From Styela clava (taxonomy: Eukaryota), in NCBI RefSeq assembly GCF_964204865.1, contig NC_135259.1:14880001-14944000 (forward strand): 64,000 nucleotides of DNA. Reading direction: 5' to 3'. The translations under genes were made by a program, and so were the position numbers. The notes under the pieces are model-generated. The model searched no databases. It saw only the letters and a list, made by a program, of their open reading frames with translations, and had not been told where the DNA came from. Shown one piece after another: positions 37,201 through 49,678 of this stretch (positions are counted from its first letter, which is position 1; each line of letters begins with the position of its first letter).

Positions 37201-40200
37201 TGATTCAGTATCATACGATGGACATGATGGTTTATATATGCACAATCTATTTCCTCTCCAATATCAAAAAGCTTGTTTCGATCATCTCGTGGATGTATTT
37301 GGGACACCGTGAGTTATTTTCATGAAACATTTCAGTTTTTTGGATGTTTTATTTTATATAACACTTTCATTCATACTCATAGCATCGAAAATGGCCTAGC
37401 GATAATATAGTTAGTCTTCGCTATCATGGCGTGGAAAATTACACATTTCGGGCACAGTTCATAAATTGGTGCAATAAATTGGGCATACAATGTCTAACTG
37501 GAATATAGTAGCTCCCAACACATCGTTAAATAGCGGTGCCTGATGTACATGGCCTTGTTTGTGGCAAAAGGCGTGATTCAGAGTGGTATAAAAAAAACTC
37601 ATTTTTATAATAAATTGGAATAGTAACATAGTCGCATATTATTAAATACAATGTACAGCATCTATAACCTCAACTGCGGGAGTCGGCGCATAAAGTAACA
37701 AATGTTGCAAACCGAACCCTTATACTAAAGAGTTATCAGTTTTATTAGTAGTATATTAAACGATACACATGATAACCTCCTTATAACATATCAGATAGAT
37801 AGCAGACTTCTATCAATCTCTCCTTAAACTATATGCTATCTATCTTTTAATAATCAAAAGTGTTATTATCCTCACCGACACTTTGACGTACTTTAGTAGT
37901 ATTACATGCATTTACATGATATTATTCAGGCATTCAGATTACGCTCCTGACTTTGTATTCTATGTTCGTTCTGGTTATCTTGGATCACAGCGCGTAACCT
38001 GGGCGCATTGGACCGGAGATCCTTCTGCCGATTGGAATAAAGCAAGTGGACTCCCAGCACAACTTGTCGCAATGTTGAATATAGGTGAGGGTGATTCTTT
38101 TCTCGACTCACTGAAATATTATGGTTGCCAGAAGTCGATAGTAAGATGGCCATCAAGGACCGAGATTGCTTGCAAAGATTGGGATAAGAGATACTTGAAC
38201 GAAAAATTGAAATCTATTTTATCAGATATATCAAACTCTTTATCAAGGCATGCTTTTTTTAATGGATCGTCTTCGAAAAAGACAGAAAATATTTGATTTG
38301 GCAAATAATCAATGATAAATGAATTTATTTGTCTTACGTCATAGGCATATCTGGCATGCCATATTCTGGTTCTGATATTGGCGGATTTGCATGGTACGTA
38401 GACCCACCTCCGACTATGGAACTCTGGGCAAGATGGACCCAACTTGGATGTTTTAGTGGTCTGATGCATGAACAAGGTATGTAAAGTAACGTACGCCCTG
38501 TTGTGCTACTATTTCAGATGTTTATCCGACATTCTGGTATAGCCTCAAATATTTAGGACAAGCTTCTATGTAAAACTGATTGCGCGGACTCGTGTTAATG
38601 AATGAGAAAAATTAAAATTTGTATAAGAAAATGAACAGAGCGTTCGTATTGAACTTGCGAAATGAGAAATGTTGATGAACATCACATACGGTCTGGTTGT
38701 TGTGCAAAAATATATCTTTTTACCAAAAATTTGTTGTTTACCAGTACCCCGGAAGTAGCAGGGAAATTAATAAAAAAAAAAAAAATTGGGTATTTTTTTC
38801 TACCAAGGGAGCGGAACCGGCCGTGGTCCAAAGACTCATATATTTGACACAGCTGAAGGAACAAGGATTTGGCGAAAATATGCAAAACTTCGCACTCAAT
38901 TATCATTATACATTTACTACGCTGCTCATCAAGCGCGCGAAAGTGGAACACCAATAATGCGACATCATATACTAACGTATCCTAGGGATTCAAAAGCAAT
39001 GGAGCAAGAGTATCAGGTAGGTGTTAAAATGCTTTTCATTCTTGAAGTGGGTTTTTCCCTATTTGGTGAATCCTCAATTAACAGCTAGTTAGTTCCATGC
39101 AAGACCGAGAGTGTCTGCCGTGGGAGTCTTTCGAGAAAAAAGACACTGGCTCAAACTCTCAAAACCAGAAAAATTGTCTGTGATGGCCACATCTCCTCTA
39201 GTAATTTTCATAACTTGCATTGCGCTTTTGACAGATAGATTTCTTTTGCGTTCGATAGCTTTTTTTTTTTTGTTCTGAAAATACGATTTTTTTTCTTTTT
39301 TAGTACATGTTTGGTGAAGGAATATTAGTTGCACCAGTAATTGAAAAAGGTGTAACGAAGTTGTCGGTGTATCTCCCTGTAATTGAAGACCTTTCTAACA
39401 ATTGGGTTGAGTTTTTTGCTAGTTCCAAATATATTGAAAAGGATGGTAGTTTTCGAATTGGATTCAAAGAATATTTAAAGGGTGGGACGTAAGTTGACAA
39501 TATTGACAGTACGTAGGATTGCAAGTTTCAGATTCAACAATCTGACAACGGTCAGTATTGATAATTTTATGATCTTTTTCGATTCTATCTACATTCGGTT
39601 AGATTTGGATGAGTTGAACTGTAAGACAATAAATTAACTCAATTTTTGATAAACAGACATAGTTTAAAAAATGAGTGGTGGTGGGCTATATCAAGTTATA
39701 CTGCATTTTTTGAGAATATCTAATACCAGTGAATTGAAGAATTTATCTATAAGTCAACTTATGTGATAAAAATTCTGAAGCCGTTGACTATTCATATACC
39801 CGACCCATGAAAGGCAATATGAGTTTTTTTATTTTTGATTGTAGCATCATAGCTTAATAAAAGCTCAAAGCAACGCTCAAATATATGGACACGAAAGCCA
39901 AAACGACGAAGTATCAAATCTTTTACAGTGCCGGTAGTCTGGCCACCAGATTACTGAGATAGGATCACATCACACACAAAACTTCGAAGTTAAAAACGAG
40001 CCTCACAGAGCTCACAACTATTTTTGAAAAATAATCAAAAATCTAGAGACAACAAAGCAATTGGTCTAGTAGCCGAAGAGAAAAGCTTGTTTTAATAACA
40101 CCAAGAAGAAATGAAATGCTAAGAAAATAAAAAATAACAACAACATAATAACAAAGCGATCCATTGGTCCACTTGGTGTTCAATAATATTAAATTCTGAA

Positions 40201-42314
40201 TTGTCAACTGTATATTTGTAATATATGAGTTAAACTTAAATATAATTATAAATAAATATCAGATAGGATATCAGACACGTATTACTTAGTCACTGCTCTA
40301 TTTCGTGATTTGCTTTTACGACGTGACGTATTTTTATATTTTATGAAGTTCGTTCTGAACAAGTCTATGCACAAGCAGCCCTGATAGATAATTTTTTTGG
40401 TTTTAGAACGGTTGAAGTGGATGCTCCTGTTGATAATATCCCGATATTTGTTAGGGCTGGTTATATTATTATAACGACAGATCCAAGAGTACAAACACTG
40501 AGTCCTGCTAAAAATTCCAGTGTGAAGACCTTTCAATCAATGAGTCACATAAGACACGTCTGGGTAATATATCTTATTTCGTTATACGATTATTGTGGCA
40601 GTAAGTTGGCTTAACTGTAATTTTACTTTCATTCAGTCTGGATATGAGGAAACTGGAACCGCATTCGCGTTGTACTTCAATTTTAGTGATTTTACTGAAA
40701 ATGTTTGTAATAAGAGCGCATTCGGGGATAAAGTTTTATGATCTATTAATTTATTTTAACCTATCACGCTCTGAGTAAGGAGACACGGACACAGTTGTTA
40801 AAAACAACTTGACGGTCGTTAAAGCGTGAATAAAATGCCAGACTGCTATTGTCAAACAATGGATGCGGTGTCGGGAGTCAAAAATGTACAAATTACTACC
40901 GGACTACCGACTCCGGGTTGACAAAAATATTGACTCTTGACTTCGACTAATGAATTCAGATTTTCGACTTCAGCTCCAAGAAAATCAAATTTTAAGAAGG
41001 AAAACTTTTGGCAAGACTTCTCTATTGGCTGTAAAAATCACAAGAAAAATTAATCCTGTTTGGGTTTTAGTAGGATAGTTTAAAAATACGACTTAATCTT
41101 TTATCACGAGTAGTCATTAGTGGGTAGTCGAAGTCAAGTCACTTATCATTTGGTTCGAGTGTTCTTTTTTCAGGCATGGCCAATGAGGGAAAATGATTTT
41201 ATAGCGTCAGGACGTCTTCACGACGATTCTATGTATATTCTGTACTACGGAAAAATAGACAATTGCATTTGTGAATTTATTGCGTTCAATACACCAAAAA
41301 ATATAACCCATGTTGTTCAAATTGCAGGACCTTGGATAGGTTAGTTACTTGAATTTATTTTAAATACTTTTCATGCATGCGGGACTTTTTGTAGAAGTAA
41401 GTAGGCTACATGTTGTTGTTCTTGTTAATAAGTTTCTTCTTGTTGTTCTTCTCCATTGTTATGAAAACATCGTTTTTTTCATTCAATTTATTGATTAGTC
41501 AATTTAAGTTAGTCGTGAAGACTGCCGTTCCGGTACCGGTAGTCTACTGTGACAGATTGCATACATGTACTACTCAGTGGCGTAGCAAGACTCTCGTGGG
41601 CCTCCCGCAAAAAGATTTAGTGGAAATGACCCTTAAAACTCTCGGACATAAGCTAAAACAACGCTTTTTTTATTTCGTCAAAAAGCATAAAATGTCGCTA
41701 TTAAAAGGCAGTGGTAACCTAAAATTTGCCGTTTATCTTGATTACTTTTAATTTTATTCATACGTGCTTCCCCTTCAGCCATTTTTCTGCGTTTCTGTGC
41801 GCCGCTGAGAGGTTTTGCTCTCGACATCATTCTGACAGCCTTCGTAATTTTGCCGGTGCGATCAAACCACAAGACGCCGAAAAGCGACGACGAAAGCGAT
41901 GTGCATTACTGGTTTTGCAATGCAGCTTTTGGTTTTGCGGCTTAAATTTTTAAATTCTAACCGCTTGGGCCCCTTTGCGCTGTGGGCCCTCCCGCTACCG
42001 CGGGGGTTGCAGGGGTGGATGCTACGCCACTGGTACTACTTCGTTTTGGCTTTCATACTCATATATTTGAGCATAGCTCTCTTATTTACAATATCTTTAT
42101 TTTAGTCAAGCCAAATGGCGTCCAAACAGAAGGAGGTGAAATAAAATTGCCTAAAGCTTCTAGCGTTCAAGATTTATTATCCAAAGTCGATAATTCAACG
42201 GTATCGGAATGGTTTTTTGACGATGAAATGAACACCATGTGGATTAAATTGACTCCACCATTATTTGATGTGTTTGTCATGGGATCTATGGATCGTGATA
42301 TTGGGATGAATTAA
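31248..42314 (+). CDS. Secreted glycoside hydrolase family 31 protein (YihQ/sulfoquinovosidase-like catalytic motif), ~904 aa, 20 exons
   Basis: Phase-consistent exons 31248-31373, 32099-32233, 32589-32715, 33018-33159, 33316-33478, 33562-33650, 33937-34033, 34145-34266, 34509-34608, 34947-34982, 35709-35836, 36514-36608, 37167-37308, 37930-38084, 38345-38476, 38808-39016, 39304-39488, 40407-40563, 41174-41339, 42106-42314. Signal-peptide-like VIILAVLSCVLIQNIVEA; GH31 motifs FYGFGERF, PPLWAFG, DFTNP, GWMYDFGEY (nucleophile), WTGD (acid/base), SDIGGF, QYMFGEGILVAPV, IPIFVRAG. Confidence 0.92.
31625..31860. mobile_element. Merlin-like MITE
   Basis: GGTGCTCCCGAAGTATGCGAACCAAG...CTTGGTTCGCATACTTCGGGAGCCCC with a perfect 8-bp TSD GAAATTAC. 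GGGTTAGGGTTAGG and CCTAACCCTAACC lie in the arms. Confidence 0.9.
35290..35605 (-). mobile_element. SINE (family B) interrupted by a hAT/Charlie-like MITE (35391-35587)
   Basis: Reverse strand reads CAGTGGCCTAGCG-[CAGCTG...CCGCTG]-GCATAATAGGTGAAGCGTTAGACTTGACTATGATGG...GGGTTCAA, matching the SINE at 10854. Confidence 0.5.
35922..36157. mobile_element. Merlin-like MITE
   Basis: GGTACTCCCG...CGGGAGTACC with ~80-bp TIRs; TSD AACAAAGT / AACAAAAT (7/8). Confidence 0.9.
39955..40185 (+). repeat. Dispersed repeat with 3' hairpin (copy 2)
   Basis: Matches ~20960-21175. Confidence 0.55.
41575..42032 (-). mobile_element. Internally deleted hAT element retaining a transposase-like N-terminus
   Basis: TIR CAGTGGCGTAGCA...TGCTACGCCACTG with a perfect 8-bp TSD GTACTACT. 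The minus strand encodes MSRAKPLSGAQKRRK, resembling the basic SGAQKRK N-terminus of hAT-family transposases. Confidence 0.85.
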
Positions 42315-43439
42315 TGACTTTATCTAACCTAATCTCCCAATTTGCAGATTTTTTTAGTAAATTTCCTACTTTAAATGTATTCAGCTCTTCTGTAAAATGG
42401 TTGATTTGAGAAAGAAACTCGTAATTGTGCTATAAAATTTCCTGTTTTCATATATTAAAATGAGAAAAGTCTGTCAGCCTACTGGTCTCAGTATTTTCGC
42501 AATAGTAATGTTAAATAGTGTGAAAGATTTTCAAAGCATACTATTGTATTTCGCGCCAAACGAGCAATTAAAATATTTGAATACAGTATTGGATATTGTT
42601 CTGTGCATTATTTTATTTATTTTCTAAATTGATTTAGTCTATATTCGATAATTGGTCTGCTACTGTGTTATTATCATTTGCCAAATTTTAATCAATTTAC
42701 GGAACGTCTATTATGTGGATAAATTTACATATTTATTGAATACGACTAGTATTGACTTATAAATAAGTATACAATAACAAATATATTAACTTTTTAATGA
42801 TCTTAATTGACTCGCAATTTATAAATGACGCATTATAAGTCTGGAAAAGATATTACAAAATTTTGATCGTCTACTCGACAAAAGAAAGTAATTCCTGTCT
42901 GCAATACCAGAAAATTTGGGCGGACGAGCGCCTTTGTCGAAGATTTGACAATAGACGGCATTGCAAAACAATTTTCATGACTACTGGGTGAGACGAAGTA
43001 GGAGTGTGAGGAAAAGTATAGTATGGATGAATAATAAATTAGTGTAAGCGTAAAGTAAAGCAAAGAACAAAGTGTGATTAGAACTCTGAGGAAATAATTT
43101 GAAATCTGTCAGAAAATTTATAGTTTGCACGACGTAACATACTATTTGTCCAATATAATGTGTATCACATAGATCTAGTGATGCATAATTTGCCTGTCAA
43201 TTCTGTTTTGACTACCAAAATCATTTCTTGAAGCTTATCAGACCAGATAAAAACAAAGGTCTAAATTTGGTTTCGAGAATATCAAGTGTCGACTGTGAAC
43301 TCATTATTGCGTTGATATACGGGTACTCCTATCATGTTGCCAAAACACAAGTTAGGTTAGCTATTCTGGTCTATCGTAAGATAAACAGAATCAAAATAAA
43401 CAGATCAGAAAATCAGTGGCGAAACAGGATGGTATCTAA

Positions 43440-43820
43440 ACTACCTTTTTCTCGAAACGGGTCCATGTTCCTATGGGTCGCGATTTTCCTAAAAGTTACT
43501 AATTTTATTTTCTAGTACATTTTATTGTTTATTTGGTATTGAAGTGTGCTAAAAAGTAATTGAATATGTGGGAAGTGTCAATGCGTAAAAAGTTGGCAGC
43601 ATTCATTTTGCTAAGTAAAGTTACGTCATCATTTCAAAAACACACTTTGAGGTTATTTCTGGGGGTAATAAACGTTATGTAAAAATATTGGTCATTAAGT
43701 TTGCGACCATAAAAGTGCTACATGTCGTTTAGTATTTGGGCATGTCTCTGGGTCGCGGGATTCTACTAAATTTATCTTTAAATAGACTTTGGTTGCACAA
43801 AAAAAGGTTGAGAACCACTG
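43440..43820. mobile_element. hAT/Charlie-like MITE remnant
   Basis: Right end AAAAGGTTGAGAACCACTG and repeated GGGTCGCG subterminal motifs. Left end unclear. Confidence 0.5.
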
Positions 43821-46800
43821 AATTAGATAATATCAGTTCCTCGGTATGCCAGTTTCTAATTGATCCCGCACCATGTACGTACTATGATAAATAAAGGAGG
43901 TTCTCTTTATACAATACACAATTTGTCAATATCAAAGACATCGCTTGTGATAACATTGTTATTACCATCCAACAAGTCTATAATACAATGTTCGAAGGAG
44001 GGCGCCTTCAGACATAAAAACCGATTTCCTGGAAATTTTGTCTGGATATCAATACAGGATGTGATTTCCAACGTTTGAAGTGTTTATTAATATCTTTCAA
44101 ATTTCCTATGCTATTAACAAAATTTAAAAAGTATACTGTAATTTCAATGGAATTCGCATCGGGAAGTATACAAAAAATATCTTTCGCAACATCGTTACAG
44201 TATACTATAGCCAACAGTACAATCAATTTGTAAGAAAGCAAAAGAGTCTAATTATTTTCTGTACACGTAAATACATTAAACTCGATTCTTTAATACTACT
44301 TTTACATAATATAATTTAGTGTCCCTTCTACTCACTATAGCTTTGGCCACCGAAGGTCAAGCCCAGGCTTGCAAAAGCAGTAGAAAGACATGCCATATAG
44401 TTGAAATTTGCCTTTTAAAATTGTAATTTTTAATTTTTTGTAACAATCAATTCTATCATAGTATTTGACCCGCCAACATCGGCTATTCTATGAAGCGATA
44501 GAGCAATCAAAGTGTCGTTCAAAGTTAGATTGATGACTACTGCTCCAAATTTGGATGTTGCAAAGCCTTCTGCGGTGAAAACAAACTTGTTTTGAGGATT
44601 GTTCACTAGACTGCACCAACGCCAACCAACTAGAGAGTATTCAAAGGTATCGCATTCAAAACAAATACTAATATTTGGTTCCCACAAAGATAATATCAGC
44701 TGATCGTTGTCACGTGTTCATTTATGAAGAAGACATTCAAGACAGGAAACGGGTGATGACGTCATTAGAACGTGTTATCAATTGATTCATTGCTGTATGT
44801 GAGTGAGACATGAGATAGTTCGTGTGATGCAAACTTTTGTCGAAGGTGAGATTTATTCCATAACTATAGATTTAAAATATAAGTGAGTCTTCGGAAATTT
44901 TACGATACTTAGTGATTATAATTGTCGGTAGCTGGGTAGGTTAAGAAAGTTCGTCCTCAATCTATAGACGCAGTTTAGTATGAATAAAGCCAAACAAGAA
45001 GGCACGTTGTTGTGTGTTCTCAATCATTAGAGTTCAGGTCGTTTTGACGTGACCTTTTCTACCGTAAATCCGCGAATATTTTTGATGTGGATAGACTACT
45101 TGAAGAAAAAATGTTTAACTGCGTCTTGTCTATCAATTCAGTACGACGTAATAAGGTTCGTGATTCTGTAACTAGATTCAATTATTCGTCCTAGGTTTTT
45201 ATACAGTTATATGTGGTTGACAGCAGAAGTATAGGTTTTGGCACTTTAGATATTGGCAATGGTTAGGATTCATGACAGCGGGAATATGGTTATCATCTTT
45301 TCGATAGTGTTTTCGAGTCTGAGTTCGATTACAATTACCGTATTGGCAATCGTTTTGTTTCCGTTTCAAATTATTCGCTCATTTAATGACAGCTATGACA
45401 AAACTGTGGCATCAGCGAATCGAAAATTGGCGTAGAACAACTAAAAACGTAGTAGTCAACTTTCAGATGCCCAGCAGCTCAAACTTCCGACTGCAACATT
45501 TAACGTCGTATGATTCAAAATTTCCTTCTAAATCTCTAGATTCCGATGCCATTCAAAATTTCAAATTTTTCACACCCTAGATTTGATATCCACGCAAAAT
45601 AATCAAGTTCATAGGTAGCAGAATATAACCAAAAAGAAAACTGAATCAAATCTAAAAGGAAAACCGTCATTTTTTACGATATTACCAAACGTGGTTAAAG
45701 TATAAAACACACCATGGTATCTTTATTTATATATGTACCAGATTTGTTAGAACTATCAGCCTCACCTTAACTACGAACACAGAATCGATCAGAATATATT
45801 TGAATTAGTTGACGCATCTTCGACACGATTTTGAATTTTGTCGACTTTGTTGGACGCTGCGTGACACATGACGTCAACAGTTCTCTTACACTTACGTCAT
45901 ATTGTCTGTCAAAAATGTATTGACCACCGCTGTGTGGTGTCCAGCTACTCCGCCTGGTTGGCGACTAGATTCACGAAAAACGGTAAATCAATTATGGATG
46001 GATAACATCAATAGGGTTGATATAACATATCGTTAGATATGTTAGATATGATCGTTAGACAGTTTCAGATTTCATGTCTTTTTACATCGATTTTTGAGTA
46101 AATAACCCATTTTCAATTCAGTTTCGCGCGTGTATTTTAAATTTTACGAGTCGCCACAGAATTTAACACAATTCATTTGTTTTCAGATTTTCTTTAATAC
46201 TATAATTTAGATTCGATGCATATAACATATTATGGATTACATTAAGCCACATTGGGTGGTGCAAGATTTCAGCGGACCTGCTGACCAAAGCTGCCCATTT
46301 CTAACGATTAAAGATATCTAGGCGCCGATTACTTCCAATACCACCACTACATAGCTGCCGAAAATATTATTAATGAAGAGTGCAGACCTTTGGATGACCT
46401 GATAAGTAATACAGAAATAATGGAAAACATGAATCATATAGATTGCGTTGATGGCAACGTTGCAAATCAAGTGTGTTAGTGAAGTACAAGTTGGAGATTA
46501 GATTGAGTGTTCAGAATTTAGAAAGTAGGTCATATTTTTTTGCCATTGCAAATAAGAGATCTTAAGTTCAATTTTTGCTCAATATAGTACTCGTAATAGC
46601 AATGTTTGGCCGAGCATTGGCTTCCTTGTTTATCTTCGACACAATGACCAATCAGAAATAACATAACGATAACGCAACAAATGAAATTTTAGTAGTCGTT
46701 CAGACAGTTTCTCCATTCCAGCATTCTGATAAAATTTCAACTATGATTGTTTTGTTGTTTAACTACTATTTGCGAGTTTTCAGTTATGTGTTAGTAAATA

Positions 46801-47775
46801 TGAAATAACTCAACGGTACTTTTATTGCAAAAAGGTTTCACTTTCTGCTTAGTTTCGGTAACCAGAAAAAACGACCCAAAAAATTGGGGATAAACCAGGC
46901 TAAAATTAGCTGTAGGTAGTATTTCAATGCAGTTGCTTGAATATTTTGAAACAAAATTGTGTATTTGAAAAGTCATACCAGTTTACAAGTCTAAGTCACT
47001 CAAGTACTGTCAAATAAACAACAAAGATATATTTTGCAATGATATATTATAGATGGTGAATAAAATTGGTTTTCAAAATCTAACTGCAGTTTCAAGTTTA
47101 AGTGGGTAGTTTAGTATCGACCATTGCGGGTCACTTAAAATAAGATTCATGTTTTGATGATGAGCCTTAGTGTTTGGTTGTTCGTTAACCTTGTTAGTAA
47201 ATCATTGATATGGTTTATGACATCTCTAGTGTTAGAATCCTATCCCATGAAAATACGTTGGTATTCCTTAGTTTTGTCTTCACGAAGACCTATAAGTCGA
47301 GTGAAATTTCTGAATTTTTCTAACAGTACTAGATTTTATACAATCATCGATTTTAATGACGTATTTATTGAAAGTTATGAAATAGGTGAAACTGTTTCGG
47401 TTATATACCTGTAGTGCATGTATTGATCAGTATTAGTTATAAAACATCAATGTTATAGTTTGCAGTTTCAGAAGTGGAATGTGCCTAGTTTTGTGCTATT
47501 AGTCGAATGCGCGAGCGATATTAGGAAAGTTCTATTTTTGTAATAATTTTAGACAATTTCTAGTTTTTATTCCCGAATTATGTCACTCATGGTTTATAAA
47601 TTTTCAAGTCAGATGGTTTTTACGGAAAAGTTGTGACAGGTATTTTTAGGCACAATATTATACATCAGATTATTCCATAAATACGGAAACCATTGTCGAA
47701 ATAAAATATTAAATATAAGCTACGGATACATCTGAAATCGAACAACGAAGTAAAAGTTCTAAGGACGTTGGATTA

Positions 47776-48093
47776 CAGGGGTGAGCAAGGTTTTTGAACT
47801 AGGGGGGGGGGGGGGGGGGGGATTTTGCCTACCTCGACTGGCGGGCCATGTAAGTGTGACGTAAAAAAGTTACATTTTATGAACAACATTTACAGTGTTA
47901 CAAAAGCAACAGTGGAAAACAATAAGCCTCGTGCCAAAACTAAATTTAACCGCAATTTCTACAAATTCTTCAAGTTATTTTTAGGTGAAGCATCAAAATT
48001 TGGTTTCATTTTGGTTGTGGCAGCAACAGGCGGGCCAGATTGAATTACCCAACGGGCCGTATTTTGCCCGCGGGTCGTATTTGCCCATGTCTG
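47776..48093. mobile_element. hAT/Charlie-like MITE with poly-G tract
   Basis: CAGGGGTGAGCAA...TTGCCCATGTCTG with repeated CGGGCC subterminal motifs. CGTTGGA occurs near both ends. Confidence 0.65.
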
Positions 48094-49409
48094 CGTTGGA
48101 ACAATAAAACTAACAGCTAACTAATATGATATGCATAAATAAGCACAACCGCAAACCGGAAAAAATATTCAATTTCATTGAAAACCTAATTGCATCGACG
48201 TTACATTAGTTTGATGGTATGTAATTATGATAACACAGTTTAATTTGATCGTGACAGATTGACATTGAATTTCAATTGATTTTTCTCGTAGTAAAGTAAA
48301 TTATTTCTTCGTAATTATAATATCATTAAGTATTAGATCAAGTGTAAAATTGTCGTTTTAACCGTTTTAAAATAGAATTTCTTTGTTATAATGCAGATAG
48401 CCAAACATGAGACAACGATTTTATTTTCTGGTAAAATTGTACCTTTTTAATTTCAACTCAGCCAATTGAGGGATGTAGGTATCAAGTGTATTTTTACAGG
48501 ATGGATGATCAAATTTCAATTAATTATGTAGAACGAATAAAACCAATGAATAATTTAATTCAGGTATCAAAAACTTGTTTTCTTTGAAATACGATGAGAT
48601 GAACATTCATTTCAGTGTAGTATTCGTGTAGTGTGAGCTCTTAGTTACTTTTGAGTTGTATAGAAGTATTTTCAGTGAATCTCTACTTTTCCAATGAAGG
48701 AGAGTTTATTTTCAATCGAAAGACAAATAAAAACTTAGGCGTGCAAGTTATTGGAATAAAAAATAAGCTCAACTTCAATGCTATGACATCTACCCATGGA
48801 ATATCTAAAAGCAATACCTTTTGCTATAGCTAATAGGTAAAGGATGTTCGGCATTAAAATATACTTTTAAAGTTTTGAACATAATTTTTTTTTGTGACTG
48901 AAATCGCGAAAATTGAGCATATTAGAATGATAAATATCATTAATAATTTGTCACTTATTCATTATATATTATTGCTTTTAGATTCTACCACATTAAGTTA
49001 TGTATAAATTATCGTATCCTCGTGTTTACAGTAATCAAATTAGCGACTAATTTATATCGACTGTCATTATCAATTTTGAGAAAATTTTAATTATTACATT
49101 ACAAAAATATTTTTGCCTATTGCTTTACATGATTCGATTACAAAAGTATGTTAGTTTTACCAAAAAATTTTTTATTACCCATTAACAAGTGTGGACCCGA
49201 GAAGTCTTCGATTGGCAAGGACTGTGGCAATTGTAAAATATTTTTATTTTACAACCCAAAATTAATTTTTTAATCAAACCTAAAATCAAAATTTGTTATA
49301 ACTAAAACAAATAATACAAATCATTAATAGCTGAGAATCTGAGTAGGATAACCTGATTTTTGGTAACGGTGACGGTCTTTCTATTCTTGTATTGTCCCAC
49401 CTGGGTAAC

Positions 49410-49678
49410 AAACATGGGCCGTAACCAGGGGTGGGTGTTAAGTAGGTGTTACGCGCAAACATGGGCCTAACCAGAGGGGGGGGGGATGAAATGTAAATAA
49501 GATTTTTTCGTGTTATACATACCAATTTTTCATAGCTTGAATCGCCTTTTGGGACGTTCAAGAATCTTGAAAATCCCCGTTTGCCAGCCTCGGGCCATAC
49601 CCGCTAGCTGTTACAGACTAGCTTAGCATTTAGAAATTTCGGACTCCCCCTCTTTGAAAATTCCTGGCGACTCCCCTG
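49410..49678. mobile_element. Degenerate hAT-like MITE with duplicated left end
   Basis: AAACATGGGCC(G)TAACCAG.GGG occurs at ~49410 and ~49457. The right end CCCCCTCTTTGAAAATTCCTGGCGACTCCCCTG resembles the end of the element at 27558. Confidence 0.45.

Noticed and set aside
37926-38475. Antisense ORFs over GH31 (and similar ones over the rhodanese, ERCC6 and PLEKHD1 exons)
   Set aside because: These are shadow frames of real coding exons with no independent evidence.
1055-42314. Sulfur-metabolism gene cluster (rhodaneses + SQase-like GH31)
   Set aside because: The genes are ~28 kb apart, separated by unrelated genes, and the GH31 lacks the recognisable sulfonate-binding segment. Nothing supports a functional link.
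43860-44687. Short ORFs (72-85 aa) as a gene
   Set aside because: No recognisable motifs, non-ATG starts, and no consistent splice structure.
3978-45342. TACGGTA/TACCGTA as Tc1/mariner excision footprints
   Set aside because: The handful of occurrences is about what base composition predicts for 7-mers.
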